Below, piece after piece: positions 55,532 through 58,074 of a stretch of DNA of 58,074 bases (position 1 is its first letter; each line of letters starts with the position of its first letter). The translations under genes and the position numbers were made by a program. Origin of the DNA: a virus (taxonomy: Duplodnaviria > Caudoviricetes). The notes under the pieces were generated by a model. The model ran no database searches and had not been told where the DNA came from. It saw nothing but the letters and a program-made list of their open reading frames with translations. Location of the stretch: the IMG/VR virus record IMGVR_UViG_3300011337_000184, positions 1 through 58,074 of that record; one strand, given 5' to 3'.

Positions 55532-56155
55532 TCACTCAAAACCCGTATTGCCACCCTCCCTCTCAGTTTCTAAAGTTGCCACATGGATGTAGTGATATTT
55601 TGGAAGGGCCTCGGCTGCCCTCTCGGCTCTCCCAATGTTTGTGTAAAACGAAACCTTGTACCCCTCGATGTCTTTGATTTCCTCTTCGTGATACTCAACG
55701 CACTTGGCTGGCCACTTTGCACAGAAATCATCAAAGTCATCATATGGGTCAAGCCAATCAGCGCCAAGTTTTATACGCAACAAATCATCACTTTCAAACA
55801 AATCCACGCGCCGCTGATATTCTTCCACTAATACTTTTTTGCTTGAGTAATGATCAACGAATTGTTTGATCACGCTGTCTCGGTTAAACTTTGACACCAC
55901 AGCGTATGCATAAACGTTTCTGTCGGAAATCCGCTGGTGACGCTTACCGTCTGGGTCGCGGATAAAAAACACTGCCCGTGGCGGCTTTGGCTTTTCGATC
56001 ATGCCGATGCGGGCCAAGGCGTTTATGGCGTCCCTGATGTGCTGCGCCATCCCGTCCAAGACGATCCTGTCGTCATAAACCTCGACGCCGTCGGTGTTTG
56101 CCGCATACTCCCGTGCGGCGTCGTTTGGTTTCACCTCAACAATAACTCTGGTCAT
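55532..56155 (-). CDS. Hypothetical protein
   Basis: GGAGG RBS; 207-aa ORF. Confidence 0.7.
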   Translation of the reverse strand: MTRVIVEVKPNDAAREYAANTDGVEVYDDRIVLDGMAQHIRDAINALARIGMIEKPKPPRAVFFIRDPDGKRHQRISDRNVYAYAVVSKFNRDSVIKQFVDHYSSKKVLVEEYQRRVDLFESDDLLRIKLGADWLDPYDDFDDFCAKWPAKCVEYHEEEIKDIEGYKVSFYTNIGRAERAAEALPKYHYIHVATLETEREGGNTGFE

Positions 56156-56156
56156 C

Positions 56157-56375
56157 TCACGCCTCCTTTGCGTCTGGGTAAAGTCTGGCCTTGTGCGCGG
56201 CAGCTAGGGCCTCGTCGTGTCCATCAAGGGACCAGAAGAACCGCGCCTCCTTGATGTCTTCGGCGGTCGGCTCCTTGTCACCCTGTTTGTCCCACCAGAT
56301 GTCGTCGGTGTCCCACCAGTCAGCGTAATATCCAAACTCGCCGTCGGTGAAGTGATGTGTCTTTGTAACTCGCAT
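56157..56375 (-). CDS. Hypothetical protein
   Basis: GGAGA RBS. Confidence 0.65.
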   Translation of the reverse strand: MRVTKTHHFTDGEFGYYADWWDTDDIWWDKQGDKEPTAEDIKEARFFWSLDGHDEALAAAHKARLYPDAKEA

Positions 56376-56396
56376 GATTTTCTCCATAAATGATGG

Positions 56397-56414
56397 TGGG
56401 GGCCGAAGCCCCCA
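56397..56414 (-). terminator. TTCG hairpin (weak terminator or RNA stabiliser)
   Basis: GGGGGC-TTCG-GCCCCC without a good U-tail. Confidence 0.45.
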
Positions 56415-56419
56415 GTTGA

Positions 56420-56692
56420 TTACTCTACCAAGCCTTTTGCCTTGACGCGGATCGTCTCGACCAGAACGGGCTTCTTGCACAGTTCGATCTCGGCGTCGGT
56501 CAGGAAGTTCTTGAGCAGCGAAGCGTCGAGGCGTTTCTGCTCGGACAGGCTCAGTGTGAGGTCACAGGTGACCCCGACGATGGTTTCCACGCCCATGGCC
56601 TTGATCTCGGCCTTCAGCGCGTCCAGCGCCTTGTTTGCCGTGTCTGCGGCGTTCTTGAGGGCGGCGTAACGGTCTGCAAGGGTAACGGTCAT
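56420..56692 (-). CDS. Hypothetical coiled-coil early protein
   Basis: GGAGA RBS; LADRYAALK...LKAEI. Confidence 0.7.
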   Translation of the reverse strand: MTVTLADRYAALKNAADTANKALDALKAEIKAMGVETIVGVTCDLTLSLSEQKRLDASLLKNFLTDAEIELCKKPVLVETIRVKAKGLVE

Positions 56693-56841
56693 TCTAATCT
56701 CCATCTGGTTGGCGAGGCTCACTGCCTCATGTAATTTATATAATTTATAATAATTGACATTGCAACAACTATTTTCACTGTTGACAAAACTATTTTCACA
56801 ACGTAGATATCCACCACGGACATTAACATTAGGAGTGAAAA
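56693..56841. promoter_or_regulatory. Divergent early promoter region (cassette copy D plus rightward promoter)
   Basis: - strand TGAAAATAGTTG-TTGCAA-17 nt-TATATA...GAGGCAGTGAGCCTC-GCCAACCAGATGGAGA; + strand TTGACA(56781)-17 nt-TAGATA; ACTATTTTCA twice. Confidence 0.7.
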
Positions 56842-57237
56842 ATGCCTAAACTGAACAACCTGACCGAACTCGCAGAGTTCTTGAAGGCGCTAAACGACAA
56901 CGACCCCGACCTCAAAGATGGGTTTGATATGCAGTGGTCGTATTGTAACAAAGACATGACTGATCACCCCTGCGGCTCCGCAATGTGCATCGGCGGGTGG
57001 GTCCAAAGTTTCAATGAGGACACCCGTAGAATGATTTTGCCAGACGCGGTGCTGACCATATGCCCAGAGGGAACGTTATGGGATGAGGTAGAAGAACTTT
57101 GTTACCCAGACAAGACAAACAACAGCGAAAAGAACGCTTGGAACGCCACCCCACAACAGGCAGCCCGCGCCGTTGAAATCCTGCGCGACACGGGCAAGTG
57201 CGACTGGGACCGCGCCTTGAGTGAGGTGCCAGCATGA
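56842..57237 (+). CDS. Hypothetical protein
   Basis: AGGAG RBS; FDM..W...CGSAMCIGGW. Confidence 0.75.
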   Translation: MPKLNNLTELAEFLKALNDNDPDLKDGFDMQWSYCNKDMTDHPCGSAMCIGGWVQSFNEDTRRMILPDAVLTICPEGTLWDEVEELCYPDKTNNSEKNAWNATPQQAARAVEILRDTGKCDWDRALSEVPA

Positions 57238-57476
57238 TCCACAAGGCACTGCTGGCCGATGGGTCGGCCCTGTCCCTCTTGGCGCTTGCTCACATTGAGC
57301 GCCACGACGACATCATCCGCGATCTGGAGAAGAAGATCGCCACGCTGTCGGCTGAGATTGATTTCTTGGCCGACCGAACCGCCACCAAGATTGTGGCCCC
57401 GAACATCAACTGCATCAAAGCCTTGGAAGAGGCTGGGATGCCCCAAGCCGCATCAGTCTTACGGAGAATGAAATGA
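57234..57476 (+). CDS. Hypothetical protein
   Basis: GAGGT RBS; ATGA overlaps at both ends. Confidence 0.65.
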   Translation: MIHKALLADGSALSLLALAHIERHDDIIRDLEKKIATLSAEIDFLADRTATKIVAPNINCIKALEEAGMPQAASVLRRMK

Positions 57477-58074
57477 CTGCGTATTACAACGAATACGACC
57501 CAAAGGCCGCTGCATGGCTGCGGGAATTGATCAAACAGGGCCACATTGCAGATGGCATAGTAGATGAACGGAGCATAGAAGATGTCACACCAAACGACCT
57601 CAACGGATTTACTCAGTGCCACTTCTTCGCAGGAATTGGCGTCTGGTCCTACGCATTACGCCAATCAAAATGGGCAGACGACCGCCCTGTCTGGACAGGA
57701 TCATGCCCATGCCAACCTTTCAGCGCGGCAGGCAAAGGAGCGGGGTTTGCTGATGAGCGGCACTTATGGCCTGCATTCCACCACCTCATCAGCCAGTGCC
57801 GCCCTGACATCGTCTTTGGTGAGCAAGTTGCAAGCAAAGACGGCCTCGGTTGGCTCGACCTTGTATGCACTGACTTGGAAGCAACGGGTTACGCCAGCGG
57901 GGCGGTCGATCTCTGCGCTGCGGGCGTCGGCGCTCCGCACATCCGTCAGCGCCTCTGGTGGGTCGGAAGCCGACTTGACGCATTGGGCAACTCCACGAAC
58001 AACGGACACCTCAGAGGAAACGTGGGAGACAAAACAGGACCGCAACAAACGCCATTTGGAAACGAGCCTGTCCA
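57473..58074 (+). CDS. DNA cytosine-C5 methyltransferase, N-terminal part (continues at window start to 753; ~360 aa joined)
   Basis: ATG 57473 overlaps the previous stop; MTAYYNEYDPKAAAWL..., motif I FFAGIG, motif IV GSCPCQPFS, motif VI GEQV, motif VIII PHIRQRLWWV. Confidence 0.9.
   Translation, partial: MTAYYNEYDPKAAAWLRELIKQGHIADGIVDERSIEDVTPNDLNGFTQCHFFAGIGVWSYALRQSKWADDRPVWTGSCPCQPFSAAGKGAGFADERHLWPAFHHLISQCRPDIVFGEQVASKDGLGWLDLVCTDLEATGYASGAVDLCAAGVGAPHIRQRLWWVGSRLDALGNSTNNGHLRGNVGDKTGPQQTPFGNEPV
57803..58074. repeat. Terminal direct repeat, right copy
   Basis: Same 272 bp as the window start. Confidence 0.95.

Noticed and set aside
1-58074. Integrase, DNA polymerase, RNA polymerase, tRNA or rRNA genes
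   Set aside because: No matching motifs recognised by eye; a divergent gene or tRNA could have been missed

Overview
The window is an apparently complete ~57.8 kb dsDNA tailed phage genome, assembled as a circle. Positions 1-272 recur at 57803-58074 with 3 mismatches, and the overlap splits a C5 cytosine methyltransferase gene. Gene content is podovirus-like: TerS/TerL, portal, phage GroES, scaffold, gpT-like major capsid protein, adaptor/nozzle, tailspike, tail fibres, three large putative ejection proteins and no tape measure. It also has a holin/endolysin/spanin cassette and a replication-recombination module (Prim-Pol primase-helicase, AAA_24 ATPase, SSB, YqaJ exonuclease, SF2 helicase, VRR-NUC). 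I found no recognisable DNA polymerase, integrase, tRNA or CRISPR. Most notable: (1) a short [KRYHFM]-x-x-G-G motif occurs about 35 times in five virion-region proteins and falls at the domain boundaries of a 1717-aa polyvalent protein (2 GNAT, 3 ART-like, ParB-like, metallo-domain), suggesting a GG-delimited polyprotein or cargo-tagging system; (2) a two-frame, overprinted C5 methyltransferase; (3) two cases where an inserted gene duplicated or replaced the 3' end of its neighbour; (4) a circularly permuted tail-lysozyme domain; (5) a pseudoknotted RNA element downstream of the capsid gene; (6) repeated early promoter-hairpin-RBS cassettes and an AT-rich origin-like region. All family assignments come from motif recognition by eye; no database searches were run.
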